Shown here piece by piece: positions 17,410-33,860 of a stretch of DNA of 64,000 nucleotides. Source of the stretch: the human T2T-CHM13v2.0 reference genome, Homo sapiens; assembly GCF_009914755.1 (NCBI RefSeq), contig NC_060939.1; one strand, 5' to 3'. Numbering within the stretch: position 1 is the first letter of the stretch; the number at the start of each line of letters is the position of its first letter. Under the pieces are notes generated by a model. The model was not told the origin of the DNA. It saw only the letters and a list, made by a program, of their open reading frames with translations, and did not search any database. The position numbers and the translations under genes are program-made.

Positions 17410-18060
17410 TTAGCTTTCCCACCCTCTCTGATGCTCCTCCCATGCACCAGGGGCAGTACTATGCATTGAGGGTCTAGGGATGAACCCCACACAAAGCCTA
17501 CATGGGAAGACACATCTGCAAAATATTAACATCTGGTAGACAAGGGCAGCAATCCCAATGTTCATAAAATGTTCCAGCAGCACAGAGGACGGAACAACTA
17601 ATTCTATGTGGAGGAGTAAGGCAAGGCTTGGGAAGAAGGTTCCCATTCCAACCAGAGACATAATTATAGGCAAAATCAGAGTCAAAAGAGACAGGCATGT
17701 CCCAGAAGCATCAGACTAACCTGCAGCACCCCAGGGAAAGGAGTCGAGCATGGCTGAGACTGGGCATGTAGGCAGACATACTCACAGGCCTGGTGGCCTC
17801 GCTTAGCAAGGGGACATTTATGCTATGGGAAATGGGGAGTCACTGAGGATTTTAGTCAGAAAAATTGTATAATTAGGGTTTCTTAAGGTGAATAAACCTG
17901 AAGTGTCCAAGTGGGGGAGATGCCATAATTATAGTGAGAAATTAGAAGACTGCTATTGTCCAGAATAGAGTTAGGGAGGATCTGAACTAGGCCAGAGATG
18001 ACAGGGCTGAGAGATGGGGACAGATTTGACACAGACCTACACATGCTGATGATGAGATAA
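17410..18060 (-). mobile_element. L2 relic
   Basis: gggaaatggggagtcactgaggattttagtcag...gactgctattgtccag...tgaactagg..gagatggggacagatttg. Confidence 0.65.
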
Positions 18061-18063
18061 AAG

Positions 18064-18460
18064 GACTGGATAAAGAAAACATGGCACATATACACTGTGG
18101 AATACTATGCAGCCATAAAAAAGGATGAGTTCATTTCCTTTGCAGAGACATGGATGACACTGGAAACCATCATTCTCAGCAGACTAATACAAGAATAGAA
18201 AAACAAACACTGCATGTTCTCACTCATAAGTGGGAGTTGAACAATGAGAACACATGGACACAGGGAGGGGAACATCACACACCAGGGCCTGTCAGGGGTA
18301 AGGGGGCTGGGGGAGAGATAGCATTAGGAAAAATACCTAATGTAGATGACAGGTTGATGGGTGCAGCAAACCACCATGGCACGTGTATACCTATGTAGCA
18401 AACCTGTATGTTCTGCACATGTATCCCAGAACTTAAAGTATAATAAGATAAAATACACAA
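18064..18460 (+). mobile_element. L1PA (about PA6-8) 3' end, 5'-truncated
   Basis: gactggataaagaaa..ggcacatatacac..ggaatactatgcagccataaaaaaggatgagttc...cccagaacttaaagtataataa. Confidence 0.92.
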
Positions 18461-20230
18461 ATAAATATTTATAAAAACAAAGCTAGGTCTCTGGTAACAG
18501 AGAAAGATAGAGGAACTTACATTTGTTATTAAGGTGCCATGTATTAAGTAAAACACCAAACACGTTTTTTTTAAAAAAAGGACAAATGGGTGACAACTGA
18601 TATTTTTTACCTGCATATCTGAGAAAACTGTAATATATTTACCCAAGGGGTAGTGAAGGAAAGACGATTTTGTTATAAAGAGAACAAACTTGGTTTTAGA
18701 CACACTGAAATAATTGTCCATCCCCTTTCCCAATGGACGTGGAGGGCACAAATGGGATCTGGAATTCACGTGACTGGGGCTGGATCTGGAAGGCACTATT
18801 TCCCAGGAAGTAGAAGACATGGCATGGAAGAATACAAGGAGGAATCACGTGTAAATGCAACCCATTTCATGTGAATACCACTCATGACGTAATTATTCAC
18901 ATGATTATGCCTGAAAAAATAGAATATGAGCACACTTACGTGGCACTGGGATGTGATGATACTATATTCTGTTTTAAAGAAACTTGATTCAAATCAGTTT
19001 GGCAAGTTTTGATGGATACACACTATGTAATCCCTGCCAGGGAAAGTATTACAAAGAAAAGGTAGGGATTTCTGTTATGCCCTATGTCATAGATTCCACA
19101 AGGAAGATATTCAGAAAATGTATGTTTGTTGATTGAAATGATTGCCTCAAAGAACTTACAAAACTACACAAAAAGCAGAAAATACATAACTACAGAAAGT
19201 ATTTCACATAGGAGTGCCATGCCTGTACATGTGTGCATGTGTGCATGCACACACACAAAATAAGTTACGAAGTTATTTAAAAAAAAAACAGATAAAAATT
19301 ATTTAAAAGTAGCCACCTTATTGTATGGTCTAGGTCAGGGATTTCCCAAATTGTCTTTCACAGTTCTTTCAGGCAGACTCAGGAAACAGCTGGATAATAA
19401 ATTTAGTAAGTTTCTTTACTATCAGTCTTTTAAGAGCCTCCAGTGTAATAGTGTATTGGAATCTCCAAGAGGGGAGTAGAGTGGGTGCCCTGTCCAAAAT
19501 GTGTTTGTGACAGATACATGGTCTGACTTCCTTTCTTTTCGTGCTAATCCCTCATCCTTGCCCTGCTTTTCTTCTGAAATAGGTGCCTCCCTGCACCAAT
19601 AAGTGAAGGAAAGGAGTGTTCTGGGAGCTGTAGCCTTTCCAACAGAACTCTGCCTGTGCATACTCGCACTGGAATGTTACAGCTCCCCACACTTCCTCAT
19701 GCTCCAGCCAAGCCACCTCCTCCCGCATCCAGGCACCTCTCTAGCATCACTCCTGACCTCTCTCAGGAAGGCTGGTGAAGCCCGGAGAATTCAATCAGCA
19801 AGAGCCCAGCTCTGCAGAAGGTTTCCTTATCCTCTGACCCTATTTTGGACAAGCCATTCTATAAGGTTGTAATAATGAAATCTAATTTTTATAAAAATCT
19901 CCATTTTGAAGTTAAGATGATAAATGCCATGAAAATAGGAAGATGTAAAAAATGTTTACATTTTGTGATGGTAGTTAAGCCAGAAAAGAGTTTCATTATT
20001 TTGAGATTCCTCCATGTTGTCCAAGGTGAGTCAGACAATCTGGTTAAAATAGTGAAAAACAAAAAGAAATATTTAATTGCTATGTTGGCTCTAACTCCAG
20101 AAGAATGAGTCTGTTTATGTGAGTAGTAAAAGAAAAGTTATCCACATGTACTAGGGTGTTGGCATGGTTAATGACAATGAAGGCTGACTCTAAAAATATT
20201 AAAACACCTACACGCTGAGTCGTACGGCAG

Positions 20231-20278
20231 TCAATTCAATTTGTGTAAAGTTCATCAATTCAATTTGTGTGAAGTTCA
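20231..20278. repeat. 24-bp tandem duplication
   Basis: tcaattcaatttgtgt(a/g)aagttca twice, 23/24 identical. Confidence 0.9.
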
Positions 20279-20689
20279 ATTAGAAATAATCTTGTGTTCT
20301 CAAATGCTTGCTGCACTCTCTCAGTAGAAAATGAAATGCACTTCTTAAGGTATATGAAAGTGCTGGTAAGTTTATGTACTTTTTCTATAGGTGTACATAT
20401 GTCACTCTTTTAAAATATTCACAATATATGAAACATGATTTTGTAAACTCACCCTGCTATCTGTCATTTTGCACTGCAGAAAGCCTGGATAAATGTTCAG
20501 TTTATAAATGGAGATTCCAGAGAAACTGCCCGCTCCACAAGAGCAGAGCTGTTTTCTGGCAGACACACACTTGTGGGGGTGGAGTTTCATAGGCCTGACA
20601 CCCTCCCCACACAAGAAAAACCTGTCTTTTGCAACTTCCTCTCCTGCCGTCATTTTTTTCGTGTTTAATCTACCGCATATGTTGCTTCA

Positions 20690-24352
<3,663 letters not shown>

Positions 24353-25747
24353 TAAGCCCTTCTCTCCATTCCCTTGTCCAGCATTCCCATTGTCCCTTTA
24401 ACTGTTTCTCAGCTATGCCTGTGTGCTTCCCTCCGTGGTCCTGTCTTAAGGCTAGAGAGCTCCACAGTCCACTCCATGTCCACACCGGGAGGTAGTTCCA
24501 CAGAGGCAGCTGCCACACTGAGCAGGCTCACCCAGAAGTTAGAGGAAAAAGTCTTGCACAAGGTCAATTTGGGGTTGTACCTTGTTTATGTGACTCCAGT
24601 ATGTGCCTGTCTTTAAGATATGCCTTTTGGTATGCCTTTAATATTTTCTCAAGAATTATACACCATTTCCTTGAACACTTCAGAAAAATGAAGCGTGTGG
24701 TCCAACATGGACATGAATGGATTCTGTAGTCTGTCCCTCTGCCTGCACAGAAATGGGAGAAAAGCCACAAAGCATCATAAGCCCACGCCTTATCTAAGCA
24801 TTTACAAGGCTGTCCTGGGAGATTTGATAGTAGAGGTCTACATGCAGGAAAGTTGAGTAATGGATTTTTAATAACGTTGCTTCTAAACTGAAAAACATGG
24901 TAGAAAGGTCATTGACCACCCTGGTGACACGGGTGTGACTATCTCTCCAGCAGAGTGAATGATATGGTCCCAGAGTCCAAGGCGCCTCATGACTCAGTAA
25001 TGCATCACCATCCTGACGCCCAGTGCTGCTGATGTAATGCCATTTCTTTCATGCTGGGAGGATTCAGAAAGGTGAAACCCACACATCACATTTTGTTTTT
25101 TAGCTATCTGGAACAGTAAGGCCACAGAAACAAAGCAGCTACTGTATTATGATGGGTATTCCATTCATGCATTTCAGTCCTTAGCAAGTAAGTCATCCCT
25201 GTCCACATTTGGAAAAGCGCTCATTTCTGCCTCTTGCAAAGAAACTTCAGTGTCAACACATACGTACGTTGACAAAGTAGAAAACTGCAAGCAGTAACCC
25301 CCGCAGGAAGCAATAATGAGTTCATTCAGTTCTGTACCAAATCTTGTATGAACCACAATGCCTGGCATGTTACACGGTCATTATTCATCTCTTTTTCTCT
25401 CCCTTCAGGCAGTTAGCTCTACGTGCATTCGTTTGACTTCAATAAACATAGGCATCATTCGCATTTACTGTGGCATCTTAAGGTAGCTCAGTAAACATTT
25501 TCCATTATCATTTTAATAATGTTCTTCCTGAGGCCTGAAACTGTCTAAAGAGAATATTCTTTTCATTGAAGTCATTTTCCCTTAACAGAATCTTGACTTT
25601 GTGAGGTCTTAGAAGGTGATACACTGCTGACACTCCTGGCTATCACGGTCCTGTGGGCTAGCAGCATGAGGGGCTGGTAAACAGCCCCAAGACTAGGTCA
25701 GCTCTGGCTGCTGCAAAACCTTACACCTTCCGCCCTTTAATCTACTA

Positions 25748-26300
25748 GTGTGTATGTGTGCTGTGCATCTGCGCATTTGTGTATATGTGCATGGTGTGTG
25801 TATGCCGTGGGTGGTTCGTGTATGGGGTGTATGTGGTGTGTATGTGTGCTATGTGTGTGTGCATTTGTGTATATGTGCATGGTATGTATGCCATGTGTGA
25901 TTCGTGAGTTTGCATGGTATGTGTGTGATATGTGTGCTGTGTGTGTGTGCATTTGTGTATATGTGCATGGTGTGTGTATGCTATGTGTGGTTTGTGAGTT
26001 TGTGTGTGGTGTGTGTGTGGTGTGTATGTGTGCTATGTGTGTGTGCATTTGTATATATGTGCATGGTATATGTATGCCGTGGGTGGTTTGTGTGTGTGAT
26101 GTGTGTGTGTATGTGTGCTGTGTGTGTGCATTTGTGTATATGTGCATGGTGTGTGCATGCTATGTGTGGTTTGTGAGTTTGTGTGTGGTGTGTGTGTGGT
26201 GTGTATGTGTGCTATGTGTGTGTGCATTTGTATATATGTGCATGGTATATGTATGCCGTAGGTGGTTTGTGAGTGTGTGTGATGTGTGTGTGTTGTGTGT
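25748..26300. repeat. TG-rich minisatellite, about 6 units of 83-96 bp
   Basis: Anchor gcatttgtrtatatgtgcatggt at 25773, 25861, 25949, 26045, 26128, 26224. Confidence 0.92.
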
Positions 26301-29300
26301 AAACACTTTCTGAAGGTGCTTTGCCTCCAATTCTGGGACCCCTGGGGCTCTGGTCACTGTCCCACTTTGCCCGTGTCCAGACTCTAGGATAAGCCTGGTC
26401 ACTGGACATGAATTTGAGAAGCCTGTGGTTGAGAGTCCACAGCCATCTTACCCCAGTGTGTTCTGACATCTGGGGCCCACCCTTAGCTTTCTATGATTGA
26501 GACCTGCCCTGAACTGGGTGACTATGGTCCCGCACTGCTTCTGGTCCTGCAGGTGATTCTGTTTTCTGACTCACTATGACCAGGTGCCAGTAACTGCTGT
26601 TGGGCCTCCCAGTGGTCACCTCCCTGCCTGCTTGGGCCTGGGCTGTCACATCTACTGCCCTGGACAGGTAGAAACCCAGGCCTCAAGTCTTACCCCTTCC
26701 CATGACAGCTGCCATCCTCTGTAGATCTCAAGAACTGTAGGACAATAGTTGGTCATGACACCCACAGATGAGAGAATGTCTGTGAAAACACTGGGTCAAC
26801 TGCTAATTCCCAAGAGTCGCTGAGTGACCAGCATGGTGTGCAGAAGGTGAAGTGTGAGTCCCCTGGCATCCTTAGTGGCGCTGTGCTTTATTCACACCCC
26901 AAATAAAGGCACTGGGCCCCCCCGGGAAGGACCCGCAGAGGGACTGTGATGCATTCAGTTCAGCTCCTGCTGCACATTATACAAGAAGAGGCCAGGAGTC
27001 CACCAGTGGGTCGAGAATGCAGAGGTTCAGCATTCCCTCCCCTCCCACGGACAAAGGAAGGAGGATGTCTTCCCAAGGAACGGCCAATCTGGAAAGAGTG
27101 ACAGGGCTGCCCTGGAGTTTGGGGACTGCAGGGCTCATAGCGGAGGAAATAGGCAGGCTGTACTGGGTGATGGGACCCACCGTCTCCTGGGTCTCAGATA
27201 CTTGTGGGCCTGGAAGAGAGCCTGCTCCTTAATCCTTGATCAGGGCCCCTCCCTAGGAGGCTTGCTGCCCGTGCCAGGAGGAGCCCAAAGTCCTCAGAGG
27301 GGTTGCCACCTGCAGCAGCAGGAAGAAGGGCCCTCCCTACCACAGGCACCTGCAGTGCTGCCCAGAGATCAAGGAGCCAGCCCCAAGGCACAGGCACAGT
27401 GGCCATCCTACCAGCCCCAGAAGAGCTCCCCACTTTCCCGAGCTCCACCTACCACGCCGACCTCAGAAGGACCTGTGACAGCAGGGGTGTGGAAGTAGAA
27501 GGAGCTGGAGGAGGGGAGCTGCAGGCCTCACCTTCTCCAGCAGCTTGACACCAACACGGTGGGTGTGAGTGGAGGGTGGGGAGTTGTAGCATTCATTAGA
27601 GACCACAGTGGCGGCATGCAGCTGGACTGGGAGTGACTGCAAGGCTGCAAGAACTGCCCACGCTCCGACAGATGTACAGTGCAGGGCCGGCGGGGTGGTG
27701 GAGAGAAAGGAGGCATTTCCTTTCTACTTGCATCTCACAGGAAGGAGGCTTGGAAGATATTTGGACTAAGTCCTTGCTAGCATTTGACGTTTTGTTTTTT
27801 GCGTTTGTAGAAACATCACCTTCAGACCTACATCCATCCAAAGGCTACCTGTTCCTTTTTTCTTTCATCCTTCTCTATCTTTGTTCACTGACAATCTTCT
27901 TGGGCACATTTCTTTCTTGAGATAAACAATCTTTTAACACAGCAATGGGTCTGGGCTTTAAATGAAGAGCTTCACACTTGGCAGAGGAGGACCTGCGATT
28001 AGATACGGACACGTTCCCTGCCCCGTATCTAAAGTGGCTTGGCCAGGATTGATCCACTGTACCAGCCCTGCCCTCTCTAGGACGGGCTGCCTCCTTGGAG
28101 TCTGCAGCCTCACATCAGCCTAGACGCCTGGTCCAGCCTTCCTTACTCTGACCTGATGGTTGCAGTCGCCGTGTTTTCTGGCCAGTGGTATAACGAGTAC
28201 CCACTGCTTTTTCTGCCTGTGTTTCACAAGGGGCTCTAAAGGACAGAATGTATTTGTCAAAGCACCTGTGCAGTGACTCCCACTCAGGGAAACCATCAGC
28301 TTTCAATTGGAGTGTTCTCCTGACTCCACATCTTTAAACAAAGCTTCCAGGCTCCAGGGCTTTGGGGTCTCTCGTGGGACCTTATTGATGTAGCTGAAAG
28401 AGGAGGCAGAAACAGCCTGTGACCATCTGCTTTTGTCGTGAACTCCTTGGACGGTGCAGGAACTATGCTCAGGCCCCCCGACTCTGGGTTCTCTCTTCTC
28501 CTCTGAGTCCCCACCTGTCTCAGTCCCCCCTCCCTGTATTGGTCAGCTGTGTGGCACATGCTGGACACTGGCGCACACACAGTGCACACACATCCAGGCC
28601 GCATCTTCACCGAAAGCACCCGCAGATCGTGATAAGTGCGGCCACCAAAAGGCGGCTTGTAGGAGAAGTGTCTCTCCTATTCTTCAAAGCTGCTAACTGA
28701 CACATAATATGACATCGCTCCATCCTCATAAATTGTATTGGCCTTGACGCTGTTTATCTTCATTACACTTTAGGGGAAGGAAATGCAAGGCCATTTAATA
28801 ATAGTACTTTTTGACTGGTGACGTGCATGTGTCTAGCCAATTCTCACCCTGATTGAAATAGTCGAAATGGCCTAATTTAATACAGCCTTGGTTACTGGGA
28901 ATGTAATCATCTTTCCCTGAAATTGCATCCCTGTTCACAAGCTCGTCAAGTCTGGAGAGGTATCCACAGCTGCCTCGCAATTTGAGGAGATGCAAGCTCC
29001 ATCTCATTATCCAGCTGAGAGGCAATCAATGCCTGGTGGCGCCTTCGAATCAGAGATTGGGTGGCAATAACGTGTCCCTCTTAGGGAAGGCTCTGTGAAC
29101 TGAGCAGGGCTCACTTTCTCCATATGCCTCTGACAAAAAAAAAAATAACCAAAAGGAGAAAAATCCAGGCTTATTTTCCAGAGGCAATTTCTAATGTGAG
29201 CTAGCTAGATAAAAATGGCTGCAGGTTACTACAGCAGAGGCTGCAATTGCAATGACGAGAGCCTCATCTGCCCAGTCTTCTAGATGAGCTCGGGCTCCTG

Positions 29301-29434
29301 TGGCCCTGGGCATGTAGGAGTGGGTGCAGCTGGCCTCAGGCCCTGGGCCCATTGGTCAGTGTCTCTGTCCCGTCTCCGGCACATTCTCTTCCTCTCTGGC
29401 TGTGGTGTGCCCCATCCTCTGCAGGCATCATTGC

Positions 29435-29496
29435 TCGATTCTTCCAACACCCTTAAGTCTTCTCTTCGATTCTTCCAACACCCATAAGTCTTCTCT
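29435..29496. repeat. 31-bp tandem duplication
   Basis: tcgattcttccaacaccc(t/a)taagtcttctct twice, 30/31 identical. Confidence 0.92.
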
Positions 29497-29889
29497 CTCC
29501 ACCTTTCCCCAGAAATACTTCCCCCGTCAGCATGTGTTTGTGAACCTCAAAAGCCGATTGTTTCCTGCCCTCTGTCTCAACAAGGTTTCGATGTGATGTG
29601 TGATACCTTAGAGGACTATGTCTTTCCAAAATGCTGCTCTCCTGGTGAGAAAGAGAGCCTTGGCAGGCTCGGTCCCATACAGTAGAGTCTTGTGTTCCTG
29701 CTGCTGGGAGTCCCTGAGCATCAAGGTGAGCACACATCACCGCATGCATGGACAGCTGCATGCCTCAAGTGGCACAGGTGACAATTCAGGAGTTTTCCAA
29801 AAGGAAAGAAAAATTCATCTCTAGGGTATCATCACCCAAACCATGTCATCCTCTACCTCCGTAAAGGCAAAATGAAACTGGGAAACAGC

Positions 29890-30095
29890 ATTGTGCCTGT
29901 TGGTAACACTACTGAATTACACACTTAACAGTCTGCTAAGAGGCAGATCTCATGTGCTCATATTAAGTGTTCTTACTGCAGTAAAATAAAATTTTAAAAA
30001 ACATATCTAATTGTATACCTGAAAAGGATGATTATACTAATGTAAATTGTATCTCAATAAACCTGACAAAATATTTTTTAAAAAAGAAAAAGGAA
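29890..30095 (+). mobile_element. Two short tandem L1M 3'-terminal fragments
   Basis: ctgctaagaggcagatctc..aagtgttcttac..A-rich; then gtaaattgtatctcaataaacctgac..A-rich. Confidence 0.55.
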
Positions 30096-30778
30096 ACTAT
30101 AAAAAAATATAATTAGCATAGTGAAACTTGATCAAAGTGAAAATTTCAACACTGGTCATTAGATGGTCTTTGCAATTTCATGGTTGCGCATGTGCACACA
30201 CACCCACACTTCCTTGTAAGTAAAATTAAATACCTCAGACTGATATACATTTCCTTTTGGTTCAATTTTCAGAAGTTTTTCCCTCTCATTTCTTGCTAGC
30301 AAGTGTAACTTTTCATTATCATCCAAGAGTTGAACTTGCATTTTTTTCATTTATTTATAGTCGCTTGTTTCTGGATTTTGAGAGTGAGGGAAAGGTGAGT
30401 GTGGTTGGCTGACTTACAGGAGTCCCTCTATGTCGTAATGGTGGTCCTTTGAATGGAATTGGACTGCCTTATTACTGTTGTCATTACTCGAAGGCCATGT
30501 CTCTGAAGCCACAGCTGCATTCCTGAAGACTGAGTTTACCTAAATGCTAACCTTTGGATAAATTTAAGTATTATAATAGTATTATAACCGGAAGTACCTC
30601 AAATACATCACAGTTGTTAATATTTTTGTCCAACAACAACAACAAAAACAATATTTCAAGCCTTTTTTGTGGTAAGTTGCATACTGCAACCATTCAAACA
30701 AAGTCTAAAAGCAGAGTAAAAACTTTCCACTCCTCTTCATGCCACCCGTGTCCCTGCTGGAGGCTGAGCCATGGTTGG

Positions 30779-31447
30779 TGTGACTGAGCCAGACTGGGGT
30801 CTGCTTGGCAGGTGCACTGAGGCCAAACACAAACATCAAAGTTTTGCTGCAGGAGAAAGGAGGGTGTTTATTTGCAGGGCGCCCCGCAAGGAGAACCAGG
30901 AAACTCACACTGAAGACCTGACCTCCTCAGTGGATTGTGAGCAGGAGTTTTTAAAGGCAGGGGTAAATTTCAGGGAAACAGAAGTTACAGGCAAAACTGC
31001 AAGTCAGTACATAATACATGGAGATTACATGCTGGTTTGGCCTGAACAGGCAGGAGGGTATCTTGAAGCAGAAGCTTACAGGTCAGAGGTGGATTCAGAG
31101 ACTCTCTGATTTGTGATCGGCTAAGGAAGTGAAACTTTGTCTAAAAAATCTGGGGTGGACAGAAAGGAATGTTAAGATCTGGCCCGAGGACATGACTACC
31201 TCCAGGCCCCTCAGGAAGAAATTGGGAACAAAGAGCAAAGTCAGAGTGCAGCCCTCAGCTCCTGTCCCTGAGGTCTGCCTTCCAGCCCATCCATTTGGTG
31301 GGGGTCCAGGTTCCTTCCATCAGGTTGCTTATTTACTTCTCAGGGCTAGATAGCTAGGTGCCTGGAATATCCCGCAAAGGGACTCAAGATTTTTATTTCC
31401 ATGCTTTGCAGGTTTGGTAGGCCCTAAAACAGGTCTCTGCTCGTTCC
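30779..31447 (-). mobile_element. ERV1-class solo LTR (MER39-like)
   Basis: ggagaaaggagggtgtttatttgcagggcg...gtttttaaaggcagggg; poly(A)-like and TATA-like signals read on the minus strand. Confidence 0.7.
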
Positions 31448-31821
31448 TGTACATCTGTTTGCTCATGCAAACTTATACAAACATATCTACTCTCCCACTT
31501 GTACACACGAGATTGTTTTTGCTAAGATGAACTCACTCACTCCCTCCTCACCACTCAGGGTCCCGCAGTTCAAGATGTGCGGCAGGCGCCTTTCCCACTC
31601 AGAGCACTGCTGCTGCTGCTTCCTTATTAATGGCATCATCCTCTCCCATAGGATGCAGAATTCCTGCCTTCATTCAAGCTGTCAAAAATAGCACAGCAAC
31701 CCACATGTGTGCGTTATTTTTATTACTTTTTTTTTGCTGGCACTGTATTTCTGTCATGCAAATTTCACAAATCAAAGTTTACAAACATTGACTAGTCTGA
31801 TAGTGCTGCATTCCGTGCCAT

Positions 31822-32252
31822 TGTGTCCAGAATTGGTTCCTTCTGGTGGGTTCTTGGTCTCTCTGACTTCAAGAATGAAGCCTCGGACCCTCGGGTGAGT
31901 GTTACAGCACTTAAAGATAGTGCCCACCCAAAGAGTGAACAGCAGCAAGAGTTATTGCGAAGAGAAACAACAAAGCTTACACAGCATGGAAGAGGACTCC
32001 AGGAGGTTGTCACTGCTGGCATGGGTGGCCAGCTTTTATTCCCTTATTTGGCCCCACTCATATCCTGCCGGTTGGTCCATTTTACAGAGAGCTGATTGGT
32101 CCATTTTACAGAGAGTGATTGGTCCGTTTTACAGAGAGCTGATTGGTCGGTTTTTACAGAGTGCTGATTGGTGCATTTACAAACCTTTAGCTAGACAGAA
32201 AAATTCGCCAAGTCCCCGCCAGACCCATAAGCCCAGCGGGCTTCAATTCTCA
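31822..32252 (-). mobile_element. LTR12 (ERV9) short solo LTR
   Basis: tgtgtccagaattggttccttctggtgggttcttggtctc..gacttcaagaatgaagcc; tandem acagagagctgattggt units; TG..CA ends with 4-bp TSD CCAT (31818-21 and 32253-56). Confidence 0.92.
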
Positions 32253-32899
32253 CCATGGTTTTGCATTCAATACTAGAGCCAAAAACAGTGTAGAGAGACT
32301 TCTTTTTCACCACTTTTGTCTACACTGGATGTTTCGATACATGTGTTAAAAGTTGCCCATCTCACGAGAAAAGTGAACCTCAGTTGATTTATTTTCATTT
32401 CCCTGACTCTTGGATTCTTGGTGAACATGCCCATTGTCTGCCATGCTTCTTGGCCAGTTGCTGCTTCTAGAACCAGTTCTCCTTTCCCTCATCTGCCCTT
32501 GCTCAGTTGTCTTCCTCGTTCTTCCTGAAGCACACCCAGCCCCTTGCTCACCGTCTTTGATGGTTTCCTGGAGAAGTCCTCATCTCCTTCCGGGTCTTAT
32601 AGGGAATTTTTGGATCACCTCCCCTCTGAGCCGGCTCCTCACTCCCACCACTCTCATCCCCTGCCTCCACTCTAAGCTTATCAGCATCTGCCTGTGTGCA
32701 ATCTTGTCCCCCAAGGATAAGCCCAGGAGAGCAGGGACCTTGCTATATCCGTGTTATTTCTGCAGCATTTAGAAATGTGCCAGGAACTGACTAAAATGGA
32801 AACAGAGCAAAACCAATAAATAACCGGAACTCTGGGTTTGGAAGGAAGCTAAATAAAAGCCAAGCCCCAGCAGATTGGATAGAGAAAAGTAAAACAGAA

Positions 32900-33860
32900 A
32901 TGTCTAAAATATGAAAGAACACAGAAATGATACTCATATATAATATTCTGTGTATATTATTTCAAGGCCCTAGTCTTATATATAGTATTAGAGATAAGTT
33001 CTACCAAACTTTTAAGAAACCAGTGTTTATTATTCTAATTAAAATTGTAAGTTGAAATACTGTGTTTTATTCCAGTGTTAACTTCTCCTATCACTTGATA
33101 TAGAGGGTTTTTAAATAACTTTTGTGCTACAATGTGAAATACATGGCATACCACAATTTAGTATCCTACTAAATCTGCAAAGATTAATATACTGTCTGCT
33201 TAATTCGGCATTTATCCCAAAACTGGCATACTATAATTCCAGAAAGATGACAATAATGCAACATTAGAATATCTTTCAAAATAATTTGTTAAATAAACAA
33301 ATTGAAATTTTTAAAATATGATTCAGTGACCTATTTCAATAAAAACACTATGTATTAAAGAGAGAAATATTGGATGTAAAACACATGGCAGGTATCAGGA
33401 ACGTTGTCTCTGCTTTAGTGATATATGAAGGAAATAAAAATAAGCACCACAAGTTTTGTAAAAGTTAATATTATTGTTTACAGATGATATGATCAGATAT
33501 CTTGAAAAAATAATGCATGCTACTAAAATTATTAAAATTAATATATGTTTTGAAGTGAGCTTGATTCAAAATTAATACATAAGGTTTAACAGATTTTATT
33601 TGAATTACAAACATTGTATAAAAATGTAAATAAAACACCTCTTTATATTAGACAAAAAAGGAAAGCAAAAGCAAACATATGTTCTAAGACTCATGATATA
33701 TATAAAGAAAATTGTTAAAATTCTATTGAAGAATGTGAAACAAGTACTATAAGATAGGCATATATTCTTGACAGGAAAGATTTGATATTGCAAAGATATC
33801 TGACCTCCCATCACTAATTTGGTATGTAAATATTTCAATCAGAATTCCAATTTTTCTTTA
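32900..33860 (+). mobile_element. Highly degraded L1 ORF2 relic
   Basis: ttgtttacagatgatatgat (LF.DDM RT motif remnant); ggaaagatttgatattgcaaagat. Confidence 0.55.

Noticed and set aside
25737-26469. Cys/Val-rich and His/Thr-rich ORFs up to 187 aa
   Set aside because: Translations of the TG minisatellite; no coding signature.
27025-27056. Split REST/RE1-like motif (ttcagca...cacggaca)
   Set aside because: Both half-sites are incomplete; likely chance.
32071-32175. Regularly spaced ~24-bp repeats resembling a CRISPR-like array
   Set aside because: No unique spacers; this is the normal U3 tandem repeat of LTR12 in a eukaryotic genome.
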